A stretch of 64,000 nt of DNA from Minisyncoccota bacterium (GTDB lineage Bacteria; Patescibacteriota; Minisyncoccia; Phycocordibacterales; UBA2100), in contig JALHPE010000001.1 in NCBI GenBank assembly GCA_022842645.1, forward strand, positions 329,462 through 393,461, read 5' to 3'. A model generated the notes under the pieces. The model was given only the letters and a program-made list of their open reading frames with translations. It did not search any database and had not been told where the DNA came from. The position numbers and the translations under genes are program-made. Below, in pieces: positions 36,350 to 43,989 of the stretch (positions are counted from its first letter, which is position 1; each line of letters starts with the position of its first letter).

Positions 36350-36853
36350 ATGGCAAACGTACTTCCCATCGCTCGCACCACTCTCGTACGTCGTATGCGT
36401 GCACGCCTCCTCATCGTCGTGAGTCTCACTCTTTCGGCAGCTGCCCTCATTGCAATACTTGCTCTCCTTCCTGCATTTATTTCAATCTCAATTGCGCGCG
36501 CCGGACTTGTGTCCGAAGCCCCTGCTGAAGCTTCCCTGGAGCAGGGAGAGGCTGCACGCACGCTCGCGCTTATTCAAACACTCAATACATTTGTTGGCAC
36601 AACATCACCTTCAGTGAAGCTCCTTGAGGCTCTTACACTTCGTCCGCAGGGTGTCTCGATAAGTTCTGTGCGCTATACAGCGGGTGCTCCGGCCTCTCTT
36701 GTGCTCTCTGGGGCCTCCGCGAGACGCGAGGGTGTGAGCGGCTATCGAGATGTACTGCTTTCCGACGGTCGTTTTGGCAAGGTTTCTGTGCCAGTTGCGG
36801 CTTTGGTGGGGACACAAGAGGGGCGTTTTTCCATAACACTTTCGGGTATCTAA
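36350..36853 (+). CDS. PilN-like protein (N-terminal TM, periplasmic domain)
   Basis: Single TM LLIVVSLTLSAAALIAILALLPAFISISI immediately after pilM. Call is by position and topology only. Confidence 0.4.
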   Translation: MANVLPIARTTLVRRMRARLLIVVSLTLSAAALIAILALLPAFISISIARAGLVSEAPAEASLEQGEAARTLALIQTLNTFVGTTSPSVKLLEALTLRPQGVSISSVRYTAGAPASLVLSGASARREGVSGYRDVLLSDGRFGKVSVPVAALVGTQEGRFSITLSGI

Positions 36854-36854
36854 T

Positions 36855-37376
36855 ATGCGCACTACATTACTATCAATCGCATCGCTTCTACTCGCGGTTA
36901 CACTGTGGGGTGCGTTTGGATATTTATTTTTCATACTTCCGCGCGAGCGTGCGCAGTATGCTGAGGCCCTGGCTACGAGCGCGCAGGAGGCAGTGCGCAC
37001 AGAGTCTTCTGCGCGCGTAAAGGCGATTATTCAGGATACCGAAATTGAACGCGCGGCACTGGTTTCGCTTCTTCAGGTTCCACTCATTGATGCTATTAAG
37101 ATTGTTGAAGACGCCGCGCGTGCGGGTGGTGCTCGCACCGTTGCGATAGGAGAAGCAACGCCGCTGTCAACTAAAAACCCATCACCAGTCGCGCCGGCCA
37201 CGACACGCGTCGCGGTCGTGGTGCAAGCGGAAGGAACATTTGCCGCGCTCGTGCGCGTTGTGTCGCTCTTTGAGGTTCTAACAATTCCTTCGACGTTAGA
37301 TAGTTTTGACCTTGAGGAAACCGAAAAGGGATGGCGCCTCACCGCACGCCTCACGATTGCCGTTGCGCAGATATAG
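36855..37376 (+). CDS. PilO-like protein (N-terminal TM, periplasmic domain)
   Basis: Single TM LLSIASLLLAVTLWGAFGYLFFIL. 2-nt gap after the PilN-like gene. Call is by position and topology only. Confidence 0.35.
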   Translation: MRTTLLSIASLLLAVTLWGAFGYLFFILPRERAQYAEALATSAQEAVRTESSARVKAIIQDTEIERAALVSLLQVPLIDAIKIVEDAARAGGARTVAIGEATPLSTKNPSPVAPATTRVAVVVQAEGTFAALVRVVSLFEVLTIPSTLDSFDLEETEKGWRLTARLTIAVAQI

Positions 37377-37381
37377 TACGT

Positions 37382-37696
37382 ATGCAATTCAATACAAAAC
37401 TACCAATGCGTTTACGAGATGCCTATGCCTCGCGACACGAGCCAGAGGCGCAGCGTGTGATTGCGCGTGCGACGTGGGCGCTGTGCGCAGTTATCTTTTT
37501 TATCGCGCTTGTTGCGAGTGTCGTGTATGGTGCATGGGAATTTACCCGCATTCCACGGGGCAGTGATGAGGGCACAGTTCGCGCGCAAACTGGATTTACG
37601 CGTGCTCAGATCGAGACATTACTCAACACGTTTGATGTGCGCGCCGAACAGTTTGAGGCGCGTTTACGCACACCGCCGGCACAGGATCCGTCGTGA
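37382..37696 (+). CDS. small hypothetical membrane protein
   Basis: TM WALCAVIFFIALVASVVYGAW. ATG at 37382 begins MQFNTKLPMRL. Confidence 0.3.
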   Translation: MQFNTKLPMRLRDAYASRHEPEAQRVIARATWALCAVIFFIALVASVVYGAWEFTRIPRGSDEGTVRAQTGFTRAQIETLLNTFDVRAEQFEARLRTPPAQDPS

Positions 37697-37740
37697 GCCA
37701 ACTTGTAGCCCCTAGCGTGTAGCTGGTAGGATAACTCTGA

Positions 37741-37812
37741 CCCCTTGTAGCTCAATGGACAGAGCAGCGGACTTCTAAGCCGTTGATGTTGGTTCGATTC
37801 CAGCCGAGGGGA
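37741..37812 (+). tRNA. tRNA-Arg (anticodon TCT)
   Basis: Acceptor CCCCTTG/CGAGGGG, D-arm GCTC-AATGGACA-GAGC, anticodon loop CTTCTAA (imperfect anticodon stem GCGGA/GCCGT), T-arm GTTGG-TTCGATT-CCAGC, discriminator A. Confidence 0.7.
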
Positions 37813-37834
37813 ATTAAGGGTATAGTAGCCCTGC

Positions 37835-37907
37835 GGGCGATTAGCTCAGTTGGTAGAGCAATCCGTTTACACCGGAAAGGTCACAGGTTCGAGTCCTGTA
37901 TCGCCCA
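37835..37907 (+). tRNA. tRNA-Val (anticodon TAC)
   Basis: Acceptor GGGCGAT/ATCGCCC, D-arm GCTC-AGTTGGTA-GAGC, anticodon loop TTTACAC, T-arm ACAGG-TTCGAGT-CCTGT, discriminator A. 22 nt after tRNA-Arg(TCT). Confidence 0.85.
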
Positions 37908-38075
37908 CAAAATCAATGAGCGCAATCCGCAGGATTGCGCGACTATGATTTTGTAGGAGCGATACAGGACTCGAAAGACGGAGGCGGGGAACCCGTCAGA
38001 AGACGGGTCGCCGAGTCGGGGTCGTGAAATTGTGCGAGCGACTGGTGAGCAAAATATCTGTGACCGAGCCCACTG
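37908..38075 (+). other. conserved tRNA 3'-trailer element (family member 3 of 4)
   Basis: Hairpin GCGCAATCC-GCA-GGATTGCGC. GCGATACAGGACTCGAA is exactly antisense to the tRNA-Val 3' T-arm/acceptor TTCGAGTCCTGTATCGC. Motifs GACGGAGGCGGGG, hairpin ACCCGTC-AGAAG-ACGGGT, GCCGAGTCGGGGTCG and AATATCTGTGACCGAGCCCAC. Confidence 0.5.
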
Positions 38076-38142
38076 TTTGATCGTGAGAGGAATATGTGAA
38101 AAGTACTTTGACCTCTGGCGCTTTCTCCGTTAGCGTAGTGGG

Positions 38143-38823
38143 ATGTCTGAAAAATCAGTGCAGTGCATCGGCGTCATTCTCGACGGGAATCGCCGGTGGG
38201 CTAAGGCAAAAGGGCTCCCCACGCTTGAAGGCCATCGGCGCGGATTTGAGAATTTAAAATCGTGCGCGCGGTGGGTGCGCGACCGAAATATTCCGCATCT
38301 CGTTGTGTTTGCGTTTTCAACTGAAAATTGGAATCGTTCAGAAGAGGAAGTTGCGTATTTGATGGATATTTTTCGCACCGCAATTCACGATAGCGCAGAA
38401 GAGTTAGGGAGAGAAAACATTCGCATCCGATTTATCGGGCAGCGCGAGCGCTTCGTTGAAGATATTAAAGAGGAGATGCGGGACGCAGAAGAGAAAACGA
38501 GCACGAACACCGGCATGACGCTCTGGATGTGCCTTTCATATGGCGCGCGTGCGGAGATTGTGGCGGCCGCAGAAACGCTCCGAGCTTCGAATACTCTAAT
38601 TTCTGAAGAGACACTCCGCTCGCATTTTTGGAGCGCTGAGATGCCCGACCCTGACATCATCATTCGCACCGGCGGCGCACAGCGTCTCTCCAACTTCCTC
38701 CTCTGGCAGGCGGCGTATAGCGAGCTTTTCTTTCTTGAGCCTCACTGGCCGGATTTCGATGAGAAACTGCTCGATAGCGTACTCTTCGAATACGCGGAGC
38801 GAGAGCGGCGGATGGGCAAATAG
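38143..38823 (+). CDS. uppS: undecaprenyl-diphosphate synthase (cis-prenyltransferase)
   Basis: GVILDGNRRWAKAKGLP, HLVVFAFSTENWNR, and C-terminal RTGGAQRLSNFLLWQAAYSELFF motifs. Confidence 0.9.
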   Translation: MSEKSVQCIGVILDGNRRWAKAKGLPTLEGHRRGFENLKSCARWVRDRNIPHLVVFAFSTENWNRSEEEVAYLMDIFRTAIHDSAEELGRENIRIRFIGQRERFVEDIKEEMRDAEEKTSTNTGMTLWMCLSYGARAEIVAAAETLRASNTLISEETLRSHFWSAEMPDPDIIIRTGGAQRLSNFLLWQAAYSELFFLEPHWPDFDEKLLDSVLFEYAERERRMGK

Positions 38824-38869
38824 TCCATAGGTTGCCTCTCATTTTCAGCTGTGGTACAGTGCCGCAACT

Positions 38870-39283
38870 ATGGTCGCTGCAAAAGCAAAAGCGGGCACAC
38901 CTATCTCGGCACTTCGCCCGGGGGATACTGTGCGTGTATGGCAAAAAATTGAGGAAAAGGGGAAGACGCGCCTCCAGGCGTTTGAGGGACTTGTCCTCGC
39001 CCGTAAGCATGGCAGCGAAGCCGGCGGCACCTTTACCGTCCGCAAAGTTGCTTCTGGCGTGGGCGTTGAGAAGATTTTCCCCGTGCACTCTCCTATGATC
39101 GATCGTGTTGAGCTTGTCAAAACGGCTCGTATGCGCCGCGCGAAGCTCTACTTCATTCGTGATAAGGTTGCGCGCGAAGCGCGCCGCCAACTTCGTCGTT
39201 CGCGCCTTGTGCGCGATGATGCACAGGTGGCTGAGGTTGCTGAAGAAGTGGTAGAAACTGGAACTTCAGAGGAAAGTAAGTAG
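38870..39283 (+). CDS. rplS: 50S ribosomal protein L19
   Basis: RPGDTVRVWQKIEEKGKTRLQAFEGLVLARKH…FTVRKVASGVGVEKIFPVHSPMIDRVELV is near-consensus L19. Confidence 0.9.
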   Translation: MVAAKAKAGTPISALRPGDTVRVWQKIEEKGKTRLQAFEGLVLARKHGSEAGGTFTVRKVASGVGVEKIFPVHSPMIDRVELVKTARMRRAKLYFIRDKVAREARRQLRRSRLVRDDAQVAEVAEEVVETGTSEESK

Positions 39284-39297
39284 TATTATCCCTGTGC

Positions 39298-39381
39298 GCG
39301 CAGGTGGCGAAATTGGTAGACGTACTACCTTGAGGTGGTAGCGCCCGCAAGGGCATGGAGGTTCGAGTCCTCTCCTGCGCA
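39298..39381 (+). tRNA. tRNA-Leu (anticodon GAG), long variable arm
   Basis: Acceptor GCGCAGG/CCTGCGC, anticodon stem CTACC/GGTAG with loop TTGAGGT, variable arm CGCCCGCAAGGGCAT, T-arm GGAGG-TTCGAGT-CCTCT, discriminator A. Confidence 0.85.
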
Positions 39382-39500
39382 CAAAAATTCAAAACCGAGG
39401 CATGCCTCGGTTTTGTTTATTTTTGCAGCGGGAGAGGACTCAGACTGCGAGCCGGGGTTGCACACACGTTTATCCGACGGGATCAAAATTATGTGTGACC
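39382..39500 (+). other. conserved tRNA 3'-trailer element (family member 4 of 4)
   Basis: Terminator-like hairpin CCGAGGCATGCCTCGG plus a T-run. GGAGAGGACTC is antisense to the tRNA-Leu T-arm GAGTCCTCTCC. Motifs GCGAGCCGGGGTTGC and AAATTATGTGTGACC. Confidence 0.45.
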
Positions 39501-39504
39501 ACCA

Positions 39505-40641
39505 ATGACCTTTCCCAAACCGCGCTATCATATCCCCATGCGCCGGTACTTGGGGAAGTTACCGAAATCAACGGAAGAGCTCTTGCATTGGTATGAGCGG
39601 TATATTTCGCCGCTTACACTTATTATCGCGTTTACAATCGATACATTCGCGTTTCGGAGTATTGATCTACGGTGGAGCAGTATTCTTCTCCTCATATATC
39701 TTTCGATAGTCGCGACGGCGATCGTGCTCTATCACCTCATTCAGTCAGGGAGACTGCGAGGAAAATTTTTCCTCACCATACTGCCGTTTGTGCCGGTTGC
39801 GATGCAATTCGGTTTTGGCGGACTCTTTAGCGCGTTTGTGATTCTCTACAGCCAGAGCGCGGCGTACGCCGCAAGTTGGATTTTCGTCGTGGGACTTGCA
39901 CTCCTGCTTATTGGAAACGAGCGTTTCCGTAGGCTTTACACCGGCTTCGTATTTCAGGCGAGCATGTTTTTTGTCGTTCTCCTCTCGTTTCTCATTTTCT
40001 TTTTGCCGGTCGTGCTGGGGCGCATTGGACTCGAGATTTTTCTTGCGAGCGAACTTCTGGGGCTCATCGTTATGGGTGGGTTTGTATATATTTTTGCACT
40101 TCTGGTGCCCGCAGTTTTTCGCGCAGCGCGTTTTGAACTATTCCGTACCGTCGGATCCATTTTTCTTGTGTTTAACCTTTTGTATTTTACGAACGCCATC
40201 CCACCACTTCCGCTTGCTATCAAAGACGCGGGAGTCTATCACGGTGTAAAGAAAGTGGGTGAGGGCTATGTTTTAAAATCACAACCTCTCGAATGGTACC
40301 AGCGCTATTTGCGCTATAACACCGTTTTCTATAAAGCTCCGGGCGAGCGTGCTTATGTATTCACCTCTATTTTTGCGCCCACCAAGCTCGCAACGACTAT
40401 TACGCACGAATGGCAGTTCTATGACACTTTGCGCAAGGAGTGGCGCACGGTGAGTCGAGTGAGTTATCCGATACAGGGTGGGCGCGATGGAGGGTATCGC
40501 GGCTACACGGTACAGGACGCTCTCACGCCTGGTGACTGGCGGGTGAACGTGCGTATCGCAGACGGGCGCCTTGTCGGGCGTGTCGCGTTTGAGGTGCAAA
40601 ATGTACCGAGCCCGGTCGAGGCTGAGGAGGTGGTTCGCTAA
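39505..40641 (+). CDS. polytopic membrane protein with a C-terminal soluble beta-rich domain (hypothetical)
   Basis: About 8 TM helices in the first 230 aa. C-terminal …WRVNVRIADGRLVGRVAFEV… domain. No catalytic motif seen. Confidence 0.45.
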   Translation: MTFPKPRYHIPMRRYLGKLPKSTEELLHWYERYISPLTLIIAFTIDTFAFRSIDLRWSSILLLIYLSIVATAIVLYHLIQSGRLRGKFFLTILPFVPVAMQFGFGGLFSAFVILYSQSAAYAASWIFVVGLALLLIGNERFRRLYTGFVFQASMFFVVLLSFLIFFLPVVLGRIGLEIFLASELLGLIVMGGFVYIFALLVPAVFRAARFELFRTVGSIFLVFNLLYFTNAIPPLPLAIKDAGVYHGVKKVGEGYVLKSQPLEWYQRYLRYNTVFYKAPGERAYVFTSIFAPTKLATTITHEWQFYDTLRKEWRTVSRVSYPIQGGRDGGYRGYTVQDALTPGDWRVNVRIADGRLVGRVAFEVQNVPSPVEAEEVVR

Positions 40642-40702
40642 TCTTACGTTTTCTCTCATATCCACAAAACGGTCATTAGCCGCACGGTGTATAATTTAAG
40701 CC

Positions 40703-41191
40703 ATGGTGTACGTAGTATGTGGTCATTGTGGAGTAGATTTTCGTGCGAAGCCATCTCATATTGCCCTGGGGTACGCGAAATTTTGCTCGAGAAAGTGCAG
40801 TTTTGAGAACATGCGAAACGGGGAATGGGTTGAGTGTGATGGATGTGGAACGAAAGTATATCGGAGCTTAAAGTCCATTAACGCATCTAAAAGTCATAAG
40901 TATTTTTGTAGCAAGTCATGTCAGACAAAGTGGAGAAATAACGATTTCAGTGGTAAGCGGCATGCAAATTGGCAACACGGACGCGGCTCATATAGGAATA
41001 TTATGAAAAGAGCCGGTGTAGAAGCTGTGTGTGATTTATGTCGCATAACTGATGAGAGGGTGCTGATTGTTCATCACAAAGATCAGGATAGGAAAAATAA
41101 TAGTATTAAAAATCTCGCGTGGCTTTGTCGGAATTGTCACTATCTTGCGCATCAATACGCGATTGGACGGGACCGGGGTCTGATTGTATAG
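40703..41191 (+). CDS. HNH endonuclease with N-terminal Cys4 zinc-ribbon motifs
   Basis: CGHCG…C…C and CDGCG…C…C pairs, then the HNH core LIVHHKDQDRKNNSIKNLAWLCRNCH (H-H…N…N…C…C-H). Confidence 0.7.
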   Translation: MVYVVCGHCGVDFRAKPSHIALGYAKFCSRKCSFENMRNGEWVECDGCGTKVYRSLKSINASKSHKYFCSKSCQTKWRNNDFSGKRHANWQHGRGSYRNIMKRAGVEAVCDLCRITDERVLIVHHKDQDRKNNSIKNLAWLCRNCHYLAHQYAIGRDRGLIV

Positions 41192-41201
41192 TCGTTTTGT
41201 T

Positions 41202-41276
41202 GGTGGACGTAGCTCAATTGGTAGAGCTCTGGTTTGTGGTACCAGCGGCTGTGGGTTCAAGTCCCATCGTTCACCC
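41202..41276 (+). tRNA. tRNA-His (anticodon GTG) with encoded G-1
   Basis: Extra 5' G (41202) opposite discriminator C. Acceptor GTGGACG/CGTTCAC, anticodon stem CTGGT/ACCAG with loop TTGTGGT, T-arm GTGGG-TTCAAGT-CCCAT. Confidence 0.85.
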
Positions 41277-41363
41277 AAGAAAAAGTTATGCACCCCATCC
41301 TCTTCACAGAGGGGTGGTGGGTGTAGACTGGAGTAAAGGTCGGCTTAGCTTTTAGGCACAATC

Positions 41364-41573
41364 GTGACTATGGGCTCACTCAATACCATTACGTTCGTGC
41401 TTCTCATTGTGGGAGGTTTGAACTGGCTCCTCTTTGCCCTCACGGGCATGGATGTGGGCGGCATTCTCGGCGGCATGGATTCGATGATCGCAAAGATCGT
41501 CTACATCCTCGTCGGTCTCTCAGCCGTATACCAGCTATTCACTCACAACTGGGGTAGATCTGGCGGGATGTAA
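41364..41573 (+). CDS. DUF378-family small membrane protein
   Basis: ITFVLLIVGGLNWLLFALTGMDVGGILGG… two-helix pattern with the conserved G-x-N-W. Confidence 0.6.
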   Translation: MTMGSLNTITFVLLIVGGLNWLLFALTGMDVGGILGGMDSMIAKIVYILVGLSAVYQLFTHNWGRSGGM

Positions 41574-41699
41574 TCGCGTTTTTACACAGGCGGCTCCCTG
41601 AGGAGCCGCCTGTGAGGTGTCTGTAAGCCAATCAGCACTCAGTCGTCTACTCGTGCAACGTGCTATTATTAACAGGGCTATAAGCATTTTTTATATTGT

Positions 41700-42530
41700 A
41701 TGGACGAATCAGTACAAAAGCGCGAACTTCACATTGTTCCGCCGGAGATTATTGTTAAAGCTGCCGCAGCAGCACTCGCTGTTTTGGCACTCTTTTTGTT
41801 GGTAGAGACGGTCAAAGCATTTAAAGAGTATCGTTTTGTAGGCAGTGGCGTAACCGCAACGAATACAATTACCGTGAGCGGTATGGGAGAGGTATTTGCG
41901 GTGCCTGATCGTGCCACTTTCACCGTTACGGTACGTGAGGAAGCCGCCGATGTTGCCGGTGCGCAGGATAAGGCGACGGAAAAGGCAAATGCCATCATTA
42001 GCTATCTCAAGAGCTCTGGCGTTGAGGAGAAGGACATAAAAACCATTAACTACAACGTCAATCCAAAATACGAATGGGAGCAGAAGGCGTGTGTAGCTGG
42101 TACCTACTGCGAACCAGGAAACCAAGTACTTATTGGGTTTGAGGTGTGGCAAACCATTGAGGTAAAAGTGCAGGATCCGAAGAAGGCAGGAGATCTTCTC
42201 ACGGGCGTTGGTTCGCGCGGGGCGTCTGAAGTGAGCGGTCTTTCATTCACGATTGAGGATGAGGATGCGCTGAAGTCAGAGGCGCGCGAAATGGCCATCG
42301 AAGAAGCTGAAGAAAAAGCCGAAGCGCTTGCTAAACAACTGGGCGTCTCTCTTGTGCGCGTTGTGGGGTTCAACGAGGATTCCTATGGATATCCAATGCC
42401 GTATTACGCAAAGGGGGGTATGGCGATGGATGCGATGAATACCGAAGCGGTGCGCGCAGTTGCTCCGGAATTACCTGCCGGTGAGAACAAGATTACGTCG
42501 AACGTGAACGTGACCTACGAGATTAGGTAA
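41700..42530 (+). CDS. SIMPL/DUF541-family protein (YggE-like periplasmic protein), membrane-anchored
   Basis: N-terminal TM, then ITVSGMGEVFAVPDRATFTVTV…KATEKANAIISYLKSSGVEEKDIKTINYNVNPKYEW and C-terminal repeats of the same fold. Confidence 0.6.
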   Translation: MDESVQKRELHIVPPEIIVKAAAAALAVLALFLLVETVKAFKEYRFVGSGVTATNTITVSGMGEVFAVPDRATFTVTVREEAADVAGAQDKATEKANAIISYLKSSGVEEKDIKTINYNVNPKYEWEQKACVAGTYCEPGNQVLIGFEVWQTIEVKVQDPKKAGDLLTGVGSRGASEVSGLSFTIEDEDALKSEAREMAIEEAEEKAEALAKQLGVSLVRVVGFNEDSYGYPMPYYAKGGMAMDAMNTEAVRAVAPELPAGENKITSNVNVTYEIR

Positions 42531-42533
42531 AGC

Positions 42534-42567
42534 AAAGAGCGGCGCGACCTTTGGTCGCGCCGCTCTT
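42534..42567 (+). terminator. intrinsic terminator (13-bp GC-rich stem GAGCGGCGCGACC/GGTCGCGCCGCTC, then TT) after the SIMPL-family gene
   Basis: Seen in sequence 4 nt after the stop codon. Confidence 0.55.
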
Positions 42568-42593
42568 GACGATGCCCCTCGAAGGGTCTACAA
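42565..42593 (+). promoter_or_regulatory. sigma70-like promoter TTGACG-17-TACAAT upstream of secE-nusG-rplK
   Basis: Near-consensus -35/-10 hexamers with 17-nt spacing, 48 nt upstream of the secE ATG. A GC hairpin with a T-run (CCCCC-GCA-GGGGG-TTTTAATTT, 42611-42632) lies between the promoter and the secE start. Confidence 0.5.
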
Positions 42594-42640
42594 TACGTCC
42601 GTTAGTTAAGCCCCCGCAGGGGGTTTTAATTTAGGCAGAT

Positions 42641-42904
42641 ATGGGACTCATTCAATACATTAAAGATACACAGGGCGAATTGAACCATGTTGCATGGCCA
42701 ACGCGCGTGCAAACCATCATTTTCACCGTGCTTGTCATTATACTCTCCGCGTTTATCTCGCTCTATCTTGGCCTCTTTGACTACCTTTTCACGACTGGGC
42801 TCGGCGAAGTGGTTGAGCGTCTTCCACAAGCAGCTCAAGAAATCCCGTTCGATCAGAGTATTGAGATTTCAACGACGACCATCTCTACCACCACAGAGCA
42901 ATAG
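42641..42904 (+). CDS. secE: preprotein translocase subunit SecE
   Basis: Small protein with a single C-terminal TM (TIIFTVLVIILSAFISLYLGLFDYLF) and an N-terminal …ELNHVAWPTR… motif. Immediately upstream of nusG as in the conserved secE-nusG cluster. Confidence 0.7.
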   Translation: MGLIQYIKDTQGELNHVAWPTRVQTIIFTVLVIILSAFISLYLGLFDYLFTTGLGEVVERLPQAAQEIPFDQSIEISTTTISTTTEQ

Positions 42905-42946
42905 TTTTTATTTCACACCTCCCATTTCTCATATCTCACCTCTCTT

Positions 42947-43489
42947 ATGAAACAAACTTACGGCACCGACAGACAGTGGTACGCAGTGCACACCTATTCT
43001 GGATATGAAGATGCGGTTGCGCGCAATCTGAAGCAGCGCATCGAATCTTTTGGCATGACCGAAAAGATTTTTGATGTGGTCGTCCCTACAGAAAAAAAGA
43101 TCAAAATCAAAAACGGCAAAAAGACCGAAGTGAAAGAGAAAACATTCCCTGGCTACGTCTTGGTAGACATGATTGCGACAGACGAAGCGTGGTCAGTCGT
43201 GCGCAACACGCCACAGGTAACCGGCTTCGTTGGTACTGCAAACCAGGCAGTGCCGCTCTCTCCGGAGGAAGTCGAAAAAATCTTGAAGCGCACGGCAGGT
43301 GAGCAGGTTCGTCACGCCATCGATCTCTCTGAAGGTGATGCGGTCGCGATCATCGACGGTCCTTTCAAAGATTTGGAAGGAAAAGTGGGCGAGATTGACG
43401 AAGAGCGTGGAAAGGTTAAAGTGCTGGTTCCTATGTTCGGTCGCGAAACTCCGGTGGAGCTCGAAGCCGACCAGGTTCAGCGCATCTAA
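42947..43489 (+). CDS. nusG: transcription termination/antitermination factor NusG
   Basis: NGN domain [14 protein letters not shown]… and KOW motif [32 protein letters not shown]. Confidence 0.9.
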   Translation: MKQTYGTDRQWYAVHTYSGYEDAVARNLKQRIESFGMTEKIFDVVVPTEKKIKIKNGKKTEVKEKTFPGYVLVDMIATDEAWSVVRNTPQVTGFVGTANQAVPLSPEEVEKILKRTAGEQVRHAIDLSEGDAVAIIDGPFKDLEGKVGEIDEERGKVKVLVPMFGRETPVELEADQVQRI

Positions 43490-43496
43490 ATACTAT

Positions 43497-43919
43497 ATGG
43501 CAAAAGAAATCACCAAAATCATCAAATTGCAGATTCAGGCGGGCGCGGCAACGCCAGCTCCTCCTGTGGGTACCGCGCTTGGTCCTGCGGGCGTAAACAT
43601 TGGCGAGTTCGTCAATCAATTCAACACGTTGACCCGCCCTATGATGGGGAACGTCGTCCCGGTCGTGCTCACCGTCTACAAAGACCGCTCGTTTACCTTC
43701 ATCGTCAAAAAGCCACCAGCATCGCGTCTTGTTTTGAAGAAGCTTGGTATTGAGAAGGGTTCCCAGAAGGCGCAGAACAAAGTTGCAAAGCTTACGAAGC
43801 AGCAGCTTACTGAAATTGCAGAGGAGAAGATGGAAGACTTGAATGCGTACGACGTAGAGCGGGCGAAGAAGATTATTGCCGGCACCGCACGCTCGATGGG
43901 GATTGATTCGGAAATCTAA
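43497..43919 (+). CDS. rplK: 50S ribosomal protein L11
   Basis: [43 protein letters not shown] is near-consensus L11. Internal ATG at 43497 of the longer track ORF. Confidence 0.9.
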   Translation: MAKEITKIIKLQIQAGAATPAPPVGTALGPAGVNIGEFVNQFNTLTRPMMGNVVPVVLTVYKDRSFTFIVKKPPASRLVLKKLGIEKGSQKAQNKVAKLTKQQLTEIAEEKMEDLNAYDVERAKKIIAGTARSMGIDSEI

Positions 43920-43934
43920 AATTCATCACCCAAG

Positions 43935-43962
43935 AAAAAGGCTCCTTACGGAGCCTTTTTCT
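43935..43962 (+). terminator. intrinsic terminator after rplK (GGCTCC-TTAC-GGAGCC + TTTTTCT)
   Basis: Seen in sequence 16 nt after the rplK stop. Confidence 0.65.
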
Positions 43963-43989
43963 ATTGATGAAGCCGTGTACAATTCGCAC

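Noticed and set aside
41119-41355. 78-aa ORF overlapping tRNA-His
   Set aside because: It is completely explained by the tRNA-His gene and its flanks, and no protein features are evident.
42611-42632. The hairpin before secE as simply a second terminator of the upstream SIMPL-family gene
   Set aside because: Not fully rejected. It remains possible, but a strong terminator already sits 4 nt after that gene's stop, and a near-consensus promoter lies between the two hairpins. The attenuator interpretation is therefore reported as a finding and this simpler reading is noted here.
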